Shown here in pieces: positions 36,644 to 47,257 of a stretch of DNA of 64,000 nucleotides. This DNA is from an uncultured Faecalibacterium sp. (GTDB lineage Bacteria; Bacillota; Clostridia; Oscillospirales; Ruminococcaceae): positions 664 through 64,663 of the forward strand of contig URVW01000003.1 in the NCBI GenBank assembly GCA_900551435.1. The letters run 5' to 3'. The position numbers and the translations under genes are program-made. The notes beneath the pieces are model-generated. The model was not told the DNA's origin. It saw nothing but the letters and a program-made list of their open reading frames with translations, and ran no database searches. The first letter of the stretch is position 1, and the number at the start of each line of letters is the position of its first letter.

Positions 36644-37780
36644 ATGGCAAAAAATACCCCCCAAAAACATCATAAAAAGGGCGGTGCAGCGAAAGTCTTT
36701 TTGATTTTGCTGCTGATCGTTCTGCTGGCGGCGGGAGCGGTTTTTCTGCTGGCCAAGCGGGAGATCGACGGCACAGATGCCCCCGGGGAAGCGGTCACGG
36801 TCAAGATCGAGCAGGGCAGCGGCGTGAGCTCCATTGCCCAAAAGCTCAAGGACGCGGGCGTGATCCATTCCGCCCAGCTCTTCCGCTGGTACGTCGGCCG
36901 CGAGGGGGCAGCGGCAAAGCTGCAGTACGGTGAATTTTCGCTGGAACCCGGCAGCTCCTACGATGCCCTTATCGAAGCCCTTTCGGAGTATGCCAAGGCA
37001 GAGTCGGTGCGCTTGACCTTCCCGGAGGGCACGACCGCCATCGCGATTGCCAACATGATGGAAAAAGCCGGTCTGTGCACCGCCGAGGAGTTCCTTGAGG
37101 AAGCCAACACCGGCGATTTCAGCGAGTACAAATTCTGGAAGTACGTCCCGGATGACGAGAACGCCCCCGACCGCTTTCTGAAGTGCGAGGGGTATCTCTT
37201 CCCGGACACCTATGAATTTTTGGTGGAGGATACCGTCCACAACTACGTTGCAACGTTCTATTCGCATTTTGATAAGCAGTTCACTGACGAGATGTACAAG
37301 GAGCTGGACCAGCAGGACCTGAGCCTGTCGGAGGTCATCACGCTGGCGTCTTTTGTACAGGAAGAAGCCGGAAACGATCAGGACTCCAACGTGGCGCAGG
37401 TGTTCCGCAACCGGTTGGCGGAGGATTCGCCCTATCCAAAACTGCAGAGCAACACGTCCAGTTACGTCCAGAGCGACGAGGACAACAACTATCTGTGGAA
37501 CTGGGTCGCGCCCTATTACGGCGGCTGGGATAAAATTCCGGACCACATCCGGGAAGCCTACGATACCTACACCTGCATCGGTCTGCCCGCCGGCCCCATC
37601 TCCAACCCGGGGATGGCCGCCATTCAGGCCGCGCTGGACCCGCAGCCAGATGACGAGGTCAAGGACTGCTATTTCTTTGTGACCGACCTGAGCGGCCATT
37701 ACTACTATGCCCGCACCTACGCGGAGCACCAGACCAACTGCGCCAAGGCTGCAGAGGTCAATCAGAGTTTGAAAAAATAA
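36644..37780 (+). CDS. mltG: Endolytic transglycosylase
   Basis: EGYLFPDTY, ASFVQEE, GLPAGPISNPG. Confidence 0.92.
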   Translation: MAKNTPQKHHKKGGAAKVFLILLLIVLLAAGAVFLLAKREIDGTDAPGEAVTVKIEQGSGVSSIAQKLKDAGVIHSAQLFRWYVGREGAAAKLQYGEFSLEPGSSYDALIEALSEYAKAESVRLTFPEGTTAIAIANMMEKAGLCTAEEFLEEANTGDFSEYKFWKYVPDDENAPDRFLKCEGYLFPDTYEFLVEDTVHNYVATFYSHFDKQFTDEMYKELDQQDLSLSEVITLASFVQEEAGNDQDSNVAQVFRNRLAEDSPYPKLQSNTSSYVQSDEDNNYLWNWVAPYYGGWDKIPDHIREAYDTYTCIGLPAGPISNPGMAAIQAALDPQPDDEVKDCYFFVTDLSGHYYYARTYAEHQTNCAKAAEVNQSLKK

Positions 37781-37790
37781 GAGGTTTATT

Positions 37791-39011
37791 ATGCTGCAAA
37801 TCCCGGAACTTCTGTCTCCTGCGGGCGATCTGGAACGCCTGCGTTATGCCATCAACTACGGCGCAGATGCAGTCTACTGCAGTCTGCCCGAGTTCGGAAT
37901 GCGCTCAGCCCCGGCGAATTTCACGCCGGAACAGCTGACAGAGGGCGTCATCTATGCCCACGCCCGCGGCCGCAAGGTCTATCTGACCATGAACACCCTG
38001 CCCACCAATGAGGAAGCAGACCGTCTGCCGGATGCCATCCATTCGGCGGCTTCGGCGGGCGTGGATGCTTTCATCGTGGCGGACCTCGGCGTGCTGGAAG
38101 CGTGCAAGCAGTTTGCACCGGATATCGACGTGCACATGTCCACCCAGACGGGCATCACCAACTGGGCGGCTGCCCGTGCGGCCTACAATATGGGCGCAAA
38201 GCGCGTCGTGCTGGCCCGTGAGCTGACGCTGCAGGATATCGCGACCATCCGCGACAAAACGCCCCCGGAACTGGAGATCGAAGCCTTTGTGCACGGCGCA
38301 ATGTGCATGAGCGTTTCGGGCCGGTGTCTGCTGTCCAACTACATGACCGGCCGCGACTCCAACCGGGGCCAGTGCGCCCAGCCCTGCCGCTGGAAATACT
38401 ACCTGAGCGAGGAGACCCGCCCCGGCCAGCTCTACGAGATCGGCGAGAACGAGAACGGGAGCTATATCCTCAACGCGAATGATATGTGCACCGCGCCCTT
38501 CCTTGACCTCATCTGCAAGGCGGGCGTGGACAGTCTGAAGATCGAGGGCCGCGCTAAGACCTTCTACTATGTGGCCAGCGTCACGGCGGCGTACCGCAAA
38601 GCGCTGGACCAGTATCTGGCCGACCCCATGAACGACAACTTTGAACTGCCGGACGAAGTCTTGGCCGAGCTGACCCGCACCAGCCACCGCCATTACTCCC
38701 CGGGCTTCTACTTTGGCCGCGAACAGGCCAAACAGGCCACCGACAGTGCCACCTACATCCGCGAATGGGAGTTCGTGGGCACGGTGGACGGCTGGGAGAA
38801 TGGCGTTGCAAGCTGCCAGCAGCGGGGCAAGTGGACTCTTGGCGACACGCTGGAAGTGCTCTGCCCGGACGGCCGCAGCATCCCGCTGCATCCGGAGTGG
38901 ATCAAGAATGAGGCAGGGGAGCAGGTGGAATCCACGCCCCACGCGATGGAGCACTACACCATCCCCACGCCGGAACTGCCCCCGATGAGCCTTCTGCGCC
39001 GGAAGGTTTAA
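37791..39011 (+). CDS. Peptidase U32 family (TrhP-like tRNA hydroxylation)
   Basis: HGAMCMSVSGRC, CAQPCR, KIEGR. Confidence 0.92.
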   Translation: MLQIPELLSPAGDLERLRYAINYGADAVYCSLPEFGMRSAPANFTPEQLTEGVIYAHARGRKVYLTMNTLPTNEEADRLPDAIHSAASAGVDAFIVADLGVLEACKQFAPDIDVHMSTQTGITNWAAARAAYNMGAKRVVLARELTLQDIATIRDKTPPELEIEAFVHGAMCMSVSGRCLLSNYMTGRDSNRGQCAQPCRWKYYLSEETRPGQLYEIGENENGSYILNANDMCTAPFLDLICKAGVDSLKIEGRAKTFYYVASVTAAYRKALDQYLADPMNDNFELPDEVLAELTRTSHRHYSPGFYFGREQAKQATDSATYIREWEFVGTVDGWENGVASCQQRGKWTLGDTLEVLCPDGRSIPLHPEWIKNEAGEQVESTPHAMEHYTIPTPELPPMSLLRRKV

Positions 39012-39054
39012 GATGTAAAAGGCCGATAATCCGGACCTACAAAAACGCAATCAG

Positions 39055-39152
39055 AAAAAGGCTGCTGCAAGTCAACCCTCTGTCTCACCCCATGGCTCTC
39101 CGCAAAGGAAAGCCGCGGGTGTGATGAAGAAGCTGACTGCAGCAGCCTTTTT
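39055..39152. terminator. Long bidirectional hairpin/terminator
   Basis: AAAAAGGCTGCTGCA/TGCAGCAGCCTTTTT enclosing nested stems. Confidence 0.7.
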
Positions 39153-39160
39153 GTTGCAAC

Positions 39161-39892
39161 TTAGTCCAGTTTGAGCTTGGAAAAATCGGTGCAGAGGTAT
39201 TCATATGCCTTATCGGTGACCTGAAAGCCCATCTTGGCATACATATCTTTGGGCGTGTCGTCCGGGTCGGCGTGAAGATACAGGATCTCTCCGCGTTTCT
39301 GGGCGGTTTCGGCAACATGCCGGATCAAAGTCGTGGCGATATACCGATGGCGGAACTCCTCGCCCACCAGAAGGCTATCCATGCAGACATACCCGCCTGA
39401 CGGATAGATGTAGCAGGAACCCGCCAGCTGTCCGTTCCAATAGGCCCCGAGGAAGGTCAGTTTTTCCCGCAGACGATGGTTGTTCCGCACGGTGAAATCC
39501 TCCCCGTACAGAGGGCCGTAGTATCGCAGTTCGTGCTGTTCCAGCTCGTCAAAATCCGGGGTGCGGATGGAGACTTCCGGGTTGGTTTTCCAGCCGCTGA
39601 TGTCGGCATCCTTTGGCAAAACCATCGTCAGGGTCGAGTCTCCTTCAAGCCCGAATGCGTTGCCCAGCGGCTCGTGACCTTCCAGCTTGAGAAAGGCATC
39701 GCCCCGCGCTTTCTGATAAGCCAGCGCGGCCCGGACTTCCTCCACAGAGGGCTGTCCGGAATAGAAAAACGAGTTGTGGTCGTATTTGTCTCGCAGCTGG
39801 TCGTCCTCCCGCTTGGTCAGATGCTCGGAAAAGGGGCGGGAAACCGAAAACAGTGCAGTAAAGCGTTCATCGATGGTTCTTGTCGGATTCAT
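39161..39892 (-). CDS. GNAT N-acetyltransferase
   Basis: EEFRHRYIAT, MYAKMGF. Confidence 0.85.
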   Translation of the reverse strand: MNPTRTIDERFTALFSVSRPFSEHLTKREDDQLRDKYDHNSFFYSGQPSVEEVRAALAYQKARGDAFLKLEGHEPLGNAFGLEGDSTLTMVLPKDADISGWKTNPEVSIRTPDFDELEQHELRYYGPLYGEDFTVRNNHRLREKLTFLGAYWNGQLAGSCYIYPSGGYVCMDSLLVGEEFRHRYIATTLIRHVAETAQKRGEILYLHADPDDTPKDMYAKMGFQVTDKAYEYLCTDFSKLKLD

Positions 39893-39972
39893 AGTGCTTC
39901 TCCTGAAAGTGAAATTGAATTGAGTATACCACAGTTCCCCGGAAAAGAACACCCCCCCCTGCGGGAGCGCAG

Positions 39973-40749
39973 TTAGTTTGCCGCCAATGCATCCAGAATT
40001 TCGCGGGCCTGACGGATGGTGGTTTCGCTGGTCTGCCAGAGGTCAAATTCCGAGAAGCCGGGAAGTCCCATCGGGACGCCCTCCCGGCGGAAGGTCATCC
40101 GGCTGTCCAGTACCTGCTTGCCGGAAAGGTGGAATGCATGTGCGCCCGTCTCTGCGGCAAGAGCGGGGAGGTTGCTGGGCGAGACGCCCGCGCCGACCAG
40201 AATTTCGATGCGGCCTTCGGCGCGGCAGACCAGCTCGCGGAGCAGGGAAGCCCCGGCGGGGGCGCTTGCGGCTTGTCCGCTGGTGAGGATGGTAGTCAGG
40301 CCCAGCTCACAGGCGGCTTCCAGCGCGGCATAGGGGTCCCGGCAGACATCAAATGCACGATGGAGCGTCAGAGCTACCGGACGCCCTGCGGCGTCGGCGG
40401 CAGATCTCGCAGCGGCGTAGATGGGGCGCAGGGCGTCCACATCCAGCGCACCGTCCGGCGTCAGAACGCCGGTCACGATGCCGTCCGCCCCGGCTTCGAC
40501 CAGAGCGGCGGCGGATTCGGCCATCTGTTCCAGCTCCCAGTGGTCATAGCAGAAATCGCCGAAGCGGGGGCGGAGCAGGGCGCGGACCGGCAGACCGGTT
40601 TCGGCCTTGACCTGACGCAGAAGGGCAAGGCTGGGCGTCGTGCCGCCAACAATGAGGTCGGCGCAAAGCTCCAAGCGGTCTGCGCCGCCGTTCTTTGCCG
40701 CCAGTGCGCTGGCGGTGCTGTCAACACAGACTTCGAGGGTGTAGGACAT
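39973..40749 (-). CDS. cutC: Copper homeostasis protein CutC family
   Basis: LEVCVD, RLELC, GGTTPS, HRAFD, ILTSG. Confidence 0.93.
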   Translation of the reverse strand: MSYTLEVCVDSTASALAAKNGGADRLELCADLIVGGTTPSLALLRQVKAETGLPVRALLRPRFGDFCYDHWELEQMAESAAALVEAGADGIVTGVLTPDGALDVDALRPIYAAARSAADAAGRPVALTLHRAFDVCRDPYAALEAACELGLTTILTSGQAASAPAGASLLRELVCRAEGRIEILVGAGVSPSNLPALAAETGAHAFHLSGKQVLDSRMTFRREGVPMGLPGFSEFDLWQTSETTIRQAREILDALAAN

Positions 40750-40823
40750 TTTGGGATTCTCCTTTTAGATTTAACAAAACCCGCCAACAGAAACTGCTGA
40801 CGGGTCTTGCTGTTTGGAAAAAC

Positions 40824-42323
40824 TTATTTTACAGATTCAAGGAACCGCACGAAGCCCGCGCGTCCGGCCTCGTCCAGCTTGTAAACACCGGCATCGGCCA
40901 GAACTTCAGCAAAGACATGGCCGATCTCATCCTGCACGATGCTGTGAACATTTTCTGCGTTTAGATCGGGGTGGCGGGACAAGAACTCGCCCGCCCACTC
41001 GGCGTGCTTCTGGATGTTCTCGCCATACTCGGAAGCGGGGGTGCGGTTGACCAGAGCTGTTTCCAACTCGGCCATCTCGCCCTTCAAGCGGCTGGGCAGA
41101 ACGGCCAGACCCATGACTTCGATCAGGCCGATATTCTCCTTTTTGATGTGGTGGAGCTTTGCGTGGGGGTGATAGACGCCCAGCGGATGCTCCGGCGTGG
41201 TGATGTTGTTGCGAAGCACGAGGTCGAGCTGGAACTTGCCGTCCCGCATCCGGGCGATGGGGGTGATGGTGTTGTGCGGCTCACCGTCCGTCTCGGCAAA
41301 GATGAAGCACTTCTCATCAGAATATCCGCGCCATGCCGTCAAAATCTTGTCGGCCAGCTCCACCAGACGGGTATCGTCGGCGCAGGTCAGGCGGATGCAG
41401 CTCATGGGCCAGTGGACGATGCCGGCTTCCACATCCTCATAGCCGGGGAAGGTCCATGCCTTTTCGATGGGCGCTTTGGCCATGGCAAATTCGTAGTGGC
41501 CGCCTTGGAAGTGGTCGTGGCTCAGGATGCTGCCGCCGACGATGGGCAGATCCGCGTTGCTGCCCACGAAATAGTGGGGGAACAGCGCCACGAAGTCCAG
41601 CAGCTTGCGGAAGGTGGCCCGCTCGATCTTCATGGGGGTGTGCTGATTGTTAAACACGATACAGTGCTCGTTATAGTAGACGTAGGGGCTGTACTGCAGG
41701 TTCCATGCGCTGTCGTTGATGGTCAGCGGGATGATGCGGTGATTCTCGCGGGCGGGATGGTTCATCCGGCCGGCATAGCCCTCGTTCTCCACGCAGAGCT
41801 GGCACTTGGGATAGGCGCTCTGGGGAGCCAGCTTGGCGGCGGCAATGGCTTTGGGGTCCTTTTCGGGCTTGGAAAGGTTGATGGTGATATCCAGATCGCC
41901 GTAGGGGGTCTTGGTGACCCACTTCAGGTCCCGCTTGATGCGGTAGCGGCGGATGTAGTCGGTGTCCTGACTGAACTCATAAAACCAGTCGGTGGCGGCC
42001 TGCGGGCCTTCGTTCTCGTAGCGCTCCTCAAAGTTGGCGCGCACGATGGAGGGACGCGGGGTCAGCACGCCCATGAGTTTGGTGTCAAAGAGGTCACGGG
42101 CGGTGGAGTTGTCCTCGCACACGCCGCGGGCCACAGCGTCATTGACCAGCGTTTTCAGGATGGCTTCGAGGTCCGTGTAGCAGACTTCGCCTTCCGGTTC
42201 GGTGAAGCTGTCCAGCTGCAGGGTCATGAGCAGCTGATTACGGATGTAAATTTCGTCGTCGGGCAGGATCAGGCCGGTGTCCAGACCATAATTGACGAGC
42301 TGTTGGATCGCAGTCGAGATCAC
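40824..42323 (-). CDS. galT: Galactose-1-phosphate uridylyltransferase (type II)
   Basis: TINLSKPEKDP, SHDHFQGG, HHIKKENIGLIEVMG. Confidence 0.96.
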   Translation of the reverse strand: MISTAIQQLVNYGLDTGLILPDDEIYIRNQLLMTLQLDSFTEPEGEVCYTDLEAILKTLVNDAVARGVCEDNSTARDLFDTKLMGVLTPRPSIVRANFEERYENEGPQAATDWFYEFSQDTDYIRRYRIKRDLKWVTKTPYGDLDITINLSKPEKDPKAIAAAKLAPQSAYPKCQLCVENEGYAGRMNHPARENHRIIPLTINDSAWNLQYSPYVYYNEHCIVFNNQHTPMKIERATFRKLLDFVALFPHYFVGSNADLPIVGGSILSHDHFQGGHYEFAMAKAPIEKAWTFPGYEDVEAGIVHWPMSCIRLTCADDTRLVELADKILTAWRGYSDEKCFIFAETDGEPHNTITPIARMRDGKFQLDLVLRNNITTPEHPLGVYHPHAKLHHIKKENIGLIEVMGLAVLPSRLKGEMAELETALVNRTPASEYGENIQKHAEWAGEFLSRHPDLNAENVHSIVQDEIGHVFAEVLADAGVYKLDEAGRAGFVRFLESVK

Positions 42324-43606
42324 AGGACAGCGCCCCCTTCCGGACGGATGCTCAGCACATGGCAGCGGCCCTCGCCGAGGATGGCTTCCATCTGTGCCTT
42401 AAAGTCGGCCAGCAGCTCGACCGGCACGAAAGCCTGAACTGTGCCCGCAAATCCGCCGCCGTGGACGCGGACTGCGCCATGGCCGTTCAGGATGTGCTTG
42501 GCGGCGGCGATGGTCACAGCCACCTCCTGATGCTCCTTGTACCCGGCGGGGATGACGTTCTGCAGATACTCCCAGCTGCTCAGGCCGGACTCGTTGACCA
42601 GCTGCAGGAAGGCGTCGAAGTCTCCGGCGCGCAGGGCTTCCACCTGCTTGGTCACGCGGTCATTATCGGCGTAGACATGGAACGCGCGCAGGACGGCACG
42701 GTCGCCGCACTGTCTGCGGCACTCGGGCAGCTTGGCGAGGAACGTCTCGAACGGGACCTCGCGCAGGACCTCGCCGCCGCAGACCGCAGCCACCGCGCGG
42801 CAGTCCGCCGGAATGGCAGCATACTCGTCGGTCAGATCGGCGTGGTCGGCGCCGGAATCCAGAATGCAGAGCGCAAGGCCCGCCTTGGAGAAATCGACCT
42901 GCACCGGCTCGACGATGGGGTGGGCCGGATCGGCGAAATCGATGGTGATGATGTTGCCGACGCTGGAAGCCATCTGGTCCATCAGGCCGCAGGGCTTGCC
43001 AAAGTAGACGTTCTCCGCCCACTGGCCGATCTGCGCAATGGCGATGGGGGAGACTTTTTCGGTCATGAAGCAGTCATTGAGGATGACGCCGATGAGCACT
43101 TCGAACGCTGCAGAGGACGAAACGCCGCTGCCTTTGGGCACGTTGGAAGAGATGTACACATCCAAGCCGGACAGGGCCGCGCCGCGCTCCTTGAAGGCTT
43201 CGCACTCGCCGCGCAGCAGGGACATGGTGGTGTTTTCCTCTTCCTTGCGGGCAGCGAGGTCGGCCAAGTCGATGACGCACAGGTCATAACCCTCGCTCTG
43301 GACGCGCAGCTGGTTCAGGCTGTTGGGGGCGGCCGCCGCGATCATATCGATGTTGACGCTGCCGGCCAGCACGCGGCCATGCTGATGGTCGGTGTGGTTG
43401 CCGCCGATCTCGGTGCGGCCCGGGGCGCTGTACAGTCCGGCAGTCTCGTGTGCACCGAAGGTGGTTTCCAGCCCGTCCAGCACGGCTTCGTACCGTGCGG
43501 CGTGCGCGGGGGTCTGCTCCGGGGCGCAGCAATACAGCGAAGCCAGACGGTCGGTGTGGACGCCGCCGGAAAGCTCCTGCTTCCAGACAGAAATGGATTT
43601 CATCAT
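42320..43606 (-). CDS. galK: Galactokinase
   Basis: PGRTEIGGNHTDH, GSGVSSSA, HGGGFAG. Confidence 0.93.
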   Translation of the reverse strand: MMKSISVWKQELSGGVHTDRLASLYCCAPEQTPAHAARYEAVLDGLETTFGAHETAGLYSAPGRTEIGGNHTDHQHGRVLAGSVNIDMIAAAAPNSLNQLRVQSEGYDLCVIDLADLAARKEEENTTMSLLRGECEAFKERGAALSGLDVYISSNVPKGSGVSSSAAFEVLIGVILNDCFMTEKVSPIAIAQIGQWAENVYFGKPCGLMDQMASSVGNIITIDFADPAHPIVEPVQVDFSKAGLALCILDSGADHADLTDEYAAIPADCRAVAAVCGGEVLREVPFETFLAKLPECRRQCGDRAVLRAFHVYADNDRVTKQVEALRAGDFDAFLQLVNESGLSSWEYLQNVIPAGYKEHQEVAVTIAAAKHILNGHGAVRVHGGGFAGTVQAFVPVELLADFKAQMEAILGEGRCHVLSIRPEGGAVL

Positions 43607-43895
43607 GGCGAGTTCCTCCTCTGAACAAATCGAGCAAAATAACGTCACAGCCCACAGGACGGGCTGTGGGTGGATCTCTACCCTTATAATAAAGAATCTC
43701 TGCGAAAAAGACCATGCGTTATTGTTGCATCTCAATGCAAAGTTGCAAAAACTTTGCGGGTGAATTTTGTGCAGAAATTCCTGCAAGAGAGCTGAAAAAA
43801 TCCTCCAAACCGGAAAAGCATTGGCGACAAACCACAAAGAATTGCCCTTTGCAGCGGGATGACGGAATGTTTTCCGATATGGAGGATTGGATTTT

Positions 43896-45026
43896 TCAGA
43901 CGCCGGGATGGAAATCCGGGCCGGTCAGCCCGTCGAGGTTGAGCATCCCTTCCAGCGCGGCGACGTCGGCGGAGACGTCCAGTGCATCGGACTGGAACAG
44001 CTTGTCCAGCTGGTTCTCAAAGGCCGTGATGAGCAGGTCCATGGAGCGTTCGATGCTCTGCTTGGCGTCGGTGATGTTTTCGCCCTGAATGTCCTGCGCA
44101 GAGAGCTGGGCGTAAGTATTCAGAAGCTTCAGGGCCGTGGGCAGATAGTAGTCCATGAACTTTTGCAGCTGGGCTTTTTTGTCAGGGTCCTTTTTCGCCA
44201 GCGCGAAGATGCGGGCGCTCAGCTCTTCCAGACGGGAAATTTTGGCGGTCATCACCGGGTCAGGGATGGCATCGTTCGCCTGACGGAGCTGCTGCTGAAG
44301 GGATGCATACTGGTCCTGCGGGTCCTGCTGGGGAGCGGGTTCCGGGGCAGCGGCCTCGGGCGGCTGGGGCGCCGCGCCCCGCACGACAAGGACATTGGTG
44401 CGGTAGTCGATGTAGGCGTCTGCGCCGAAATAACCGTGGTCGATGGCCTGTTCTACGGCCGCGCGGCCCTTGGCGGCGTCGATACCGGCCGCAGCGAACA
44501 GCTCGTCCAGCGGGATGTTGTCGCGATTGCCGACGATCTTATCCAGTTTGTGTTCCAGCTTGCGGGCGCGGTCCATCCGCAGACCCGTGAACAGAGCCGC
44601 GCCGCCGCCTACGACCTGAGCCAGACCGGTGAACAGCTCGCCGAAGTCCTGATAGTAGGCCCACAGGTCTGCCACATCGACCAGATTTCCGATGCCGACC
44701 AGCAAAAAGATGCCGCCGAAGATGGTGCACAGGGTGGTGAGGGCCTTGTGCCACTTTTTGGCGTTCTTCTGCTCTGCGGTGGGCGTGTCGTTGCCGTAGA
44801 CCGTCTCATTGTCCCAAGTTTGGGTGCTGGCTTTGGCAGCGCGGGTGTCCTCCGGGCGGGCATCATGGGGAAGATCGGTGCTGCCCTCCTCTTTTTTCAG
44901 GGCATCGCGGTCGATGGCGCGCAGGATGAAAAACGCAACGCCCAGCCACGGCGACATGGCAAACAGGACCAGCAGCGCGATGGTGGGGATGCGGGCAAGA
45001 AAATGCTTGTTGCGGTTTGGCTCCAT
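43896..45026 (-). CDS. XpaC-like (5-bromo-4-chloroindolyl phosphate hydrolysis family) membrane protein
   Basis: KFMDYYLPTALKLL...Y. Confidence 0.8.
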   Translation of the reverse strand: MEPNRNKHFLARIPTIALLVLFAMSPWLGVAFFILRAIDRDALKKEEGSTDLPHDARPEDTRAAKASTQTWDNETVYGNDTPTAEQKNAKKWHKALTTLCTIFGGIFLLVGIGNLVDVADLWAYYQDFGELFTGLAQVVGGGAALFTGLRMDRARKLEHKLDKIVGNRDNIPLDELFAAAGIDAAKGRAAVEQAIDHGYFGADAYIDYRTNVLVVRGAAPQPPEAAAPEPAPQQDPQDQYASLQQQLRQANDAIPDPVMTAKISRLEELSARIFALAKKDPDKKAQLQKFMDYYLPTALKLLNTYAQLSAQDIQGENITDAKQSIERSMDLLITAFENQLDKLFQSDALDVSADVAALEGMLNLDGLTGPDFHPGV

Positions 45027-45136
45027 GGGACAACTTCCTCCTAAACAAAAAGAACCGTGTTCCACTTTATTATAGCGGAACGCGGCTCTTTTGTTAAGAG
45101 ATATTTTTCTTGGGGAGTAAAAAGGGGAGTAAAGCC

Positions 45137-47065
45137 TTACTTCATCAGGCTGCAAACAGCTTCAGCATAAGCGGCGGGATCATCCACAGGCAGACCCTCG
45201 ATGAGCTGTGCCTGTGCATAGAGCAGGTCGCTGTATTTCTTCACCTTGTCGGTGTCGCCGGCCTCCTGTGCGGCCTTCAGAACGGCGAACACAGGGTGGT
45301 TGATGTTCAGCTCGAGCACCTTGTCGCTCTTGACGCCCTCGCTGCCCGGCTGCTTGGACAGGACCTTTTCCATCTCGATGGACAGGGGGCCGTCCGACGA
45401 CAGGCAGACGGGATGATCCTTCAGGCGGGTGGAGACCTTGACTTCCTTGACCTTGCCGTCCAGAGCGTCCTTCATGGCATCGAACAGAGGTTTGTTCTCG
45501 GCGGTGGCATCCTCGGCGGCCTTCTTCTCGTCCTCGGTCTCGAGGCCCAGATCGCCGCTGTTGACGTTCTTGAACTCGACCGTGCCATCCTTGCCCTCGG
45601 CATCCTTGCGGGGATAGGTGCGCATGATCTGCAGACAGAACTCATCCACATCCTCGGTCAGCAGCAGGACGTCGTAGCCCTTGTCCATGACCAGCTCGGC
45701 GGCGGGCAGCTTGGCCAGACGGTCGGTGGAGTCGCCGGCAGCGAAGTAGATGTACTTCTGCTCAGCGGGCATCTTGTCCACATACTCCTGCAGGGTGACC
45801 ATCTTCTGCTCCTTGGCGGACCAGAACAGCAGCAGGTCGCGCAGCAGCTCGGCGTGCATACCGTAGTCGGAGTAAGCACCGAACTTGATCTGACGGCCAA
45901 ATTCCTTCCAGAACTCCTCGTACTTCTCGCGGTCGTTGGCCAGCATAGCGTGCAGTTCGTTCTTGATCTTCTTTTCCAGAGCGTTGTGGATCAGCTTCAG
46001 CTGGTTGTCCTTCTGCAGCATCTCGCGGCTGATGTTCAGGCTCAGGTCCTGACTGTCCACGATGCCCTTGACGAAGCTGAAGTAATCGGGCAGCAGGTCG
46101 CCGCACTTCTCCATGATGAGGACGCCGGATGCATACAGCGCCAGACCCTTTTCGTAGTCCTTGGTGTAGAAGTCGTAGGGGCGGTGGCTGGGCACGAAGA
46201 GCAGGGCGTTGTAGTTGGCCGTGCCCTCGGTGCGGCTGACGATGACGCGGGCGGGGTCGGTGTAGTCGTTGAACTTATCCTTATAGAAGTTTGCGTACTC
46301 CTCGTCGGTGACCTCGCTCTTCTGCTTCTTCCAGATGGGGACCATGCTGTTCAGAGTCTCAAGCTCGGTGTAAGTCTCCCACTCGGGCTTGTAGTCATCC
46401 GGCTTGGGGTCCGGTTCGGGCTTCTGGCGGCTCTTCTCGCGCTCCATCTGGATGGGATAGCGCACATAGTCGCTGTACTTCTTGACGATGGCGACGATGC
46501 CGTATTCATCAAGGAAGTTCTCGTAGTTGTCGGTGTCGGTGCTGGGCTTGATGTGCAGGATGATGTCCGTACCGGCAGTCTCTTTTTCGGTGGGGTTCAG
46601 CTCGTAGCCGTCAGCACCGCTGGACTCCCACTGCCAAGCTTCGTCGGAGCCATACGCCTTGGAGATGACGGTCACCTTGTCAGCGACCATGAACGCGGAG
46701 TAGAAGCCGACGCCGAACTGGCCGATGATGTCGATGTTCTCATCCTTGTTCTCCTTCTTGAAGTCCAGAGAACCGGAGTGAGCGATCGTGCCAAGGTTGG
46801 ATTCCAGCTCTTCCTTGGTCATGCCGATGCCGTTATCGGAGATGGTCAGGGTGCGGTCGTCCTTGTCGCGGGTCAGCAGGATGCGGAAATCGCCCTTGTT
46901 CATGCCGACAGACGTGTCGGTCAGGCTCTTATAATAAAGCTTGTCGATGGCGTCCGAAGCGTTGGAGATCAGCTCACGGAGAAAGATCTCCTTGTTGGTG
47001 TAGATGGAGTTGATCATCATGTCCATCAGCTTTTTGCTTTCAGCCTGAAATTCTTTTTTCGCCAT
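45137..47065 (-). CDS. htpG: Hsp90 chaperone
   Basis: FLRELISNASDA, IGQFGVGFYS, LNISRE. Confidence 0.98.
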   Translation of the reverse strand: MAKKEFQAESKKLMDMMINSIYTNKEIFLRELISNASDAIDKLYYKSLTDTSVGMNKGDFRILLTRDKDDRTLTISDNGIGMTKEELESNLGTIAHSGSLDFKKENKDENIDIIGQFGVGFYSAFMVADKVTVISKAYGSDEAWQWESSGADGYELNPTEKETAGTDIILHIKPSTDTDNYENFLDEYGIVAIVKKYSDYVRYPIQMEREKSRQKPEPDPKPDDYKPEWETYTELETLNSMVPIWKKQKSEVTDEEYANFYKDKFNDYTDPARVIVSRTEGTANYNALLFVPSHRPYDFYTKDYEKGLALYASGVLIMEKCGDLLPDYFSFVKGIVDSQDLSLNISREMLQKDNQLKLIHNALEKKIKNELHAMLANDREKYEEFWKEFGRQIKFGAYSDYGMHAELLRDLLLFWSAKEQKMVTLQEYVDKMPAEQKYIYFAAGDSTDRLAKLPAAELVMDKGYDVLLLTEDVDEFCLQIMRTYPRKDAEGKDGTVEFKNVNSGDLGLETEDEKKAAEDATAENKPLFDAMKDALDGKVKEVKVSTRLKDHPVCLSSDGPLSIEMEKVLSKQPGSEGVKSDKVLELNINHPVFAVLKAAQEAGDTDKVKKYSDLLYAQAQLIEGLPVDDPAAYAEAVCSLMK

Positions 47066-47125
47066 AATACAAAACCTCTTTTGTTCAGATTCAGTGCCAA
47101 GCAGCCGGAAGTGGGGGATAACGGC

Positions 47126-47152
47126 TTAGCACTCATAACTTTCGAGTGCTAA
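47126..47152. promoter_or_regulatory. CIRCE element (HrcA operator)
   Basis: Perfect TTAGCACTC-N9-GAGTGCTAA overlapping the htpG -10. Confidence 0.95.
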
Positions 47153-47257
47153 TATACACCGCTTTGAGGAAAAAATCAAGACCTTTAACAAAATGTTTAT
47201 AATTAAAATGTGGTGTGCTATAATGAACGAAAAGAAATGATCGAGGAGGAAACAAAA

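Noticed and set aside
43737..43757. GCAAAGTT-N5-AACTTTGC palindrome upstream of galK
   Set aside because: Plausible operator, but a single 8-bp-arm instance with no regulator nearby is insufficient support.
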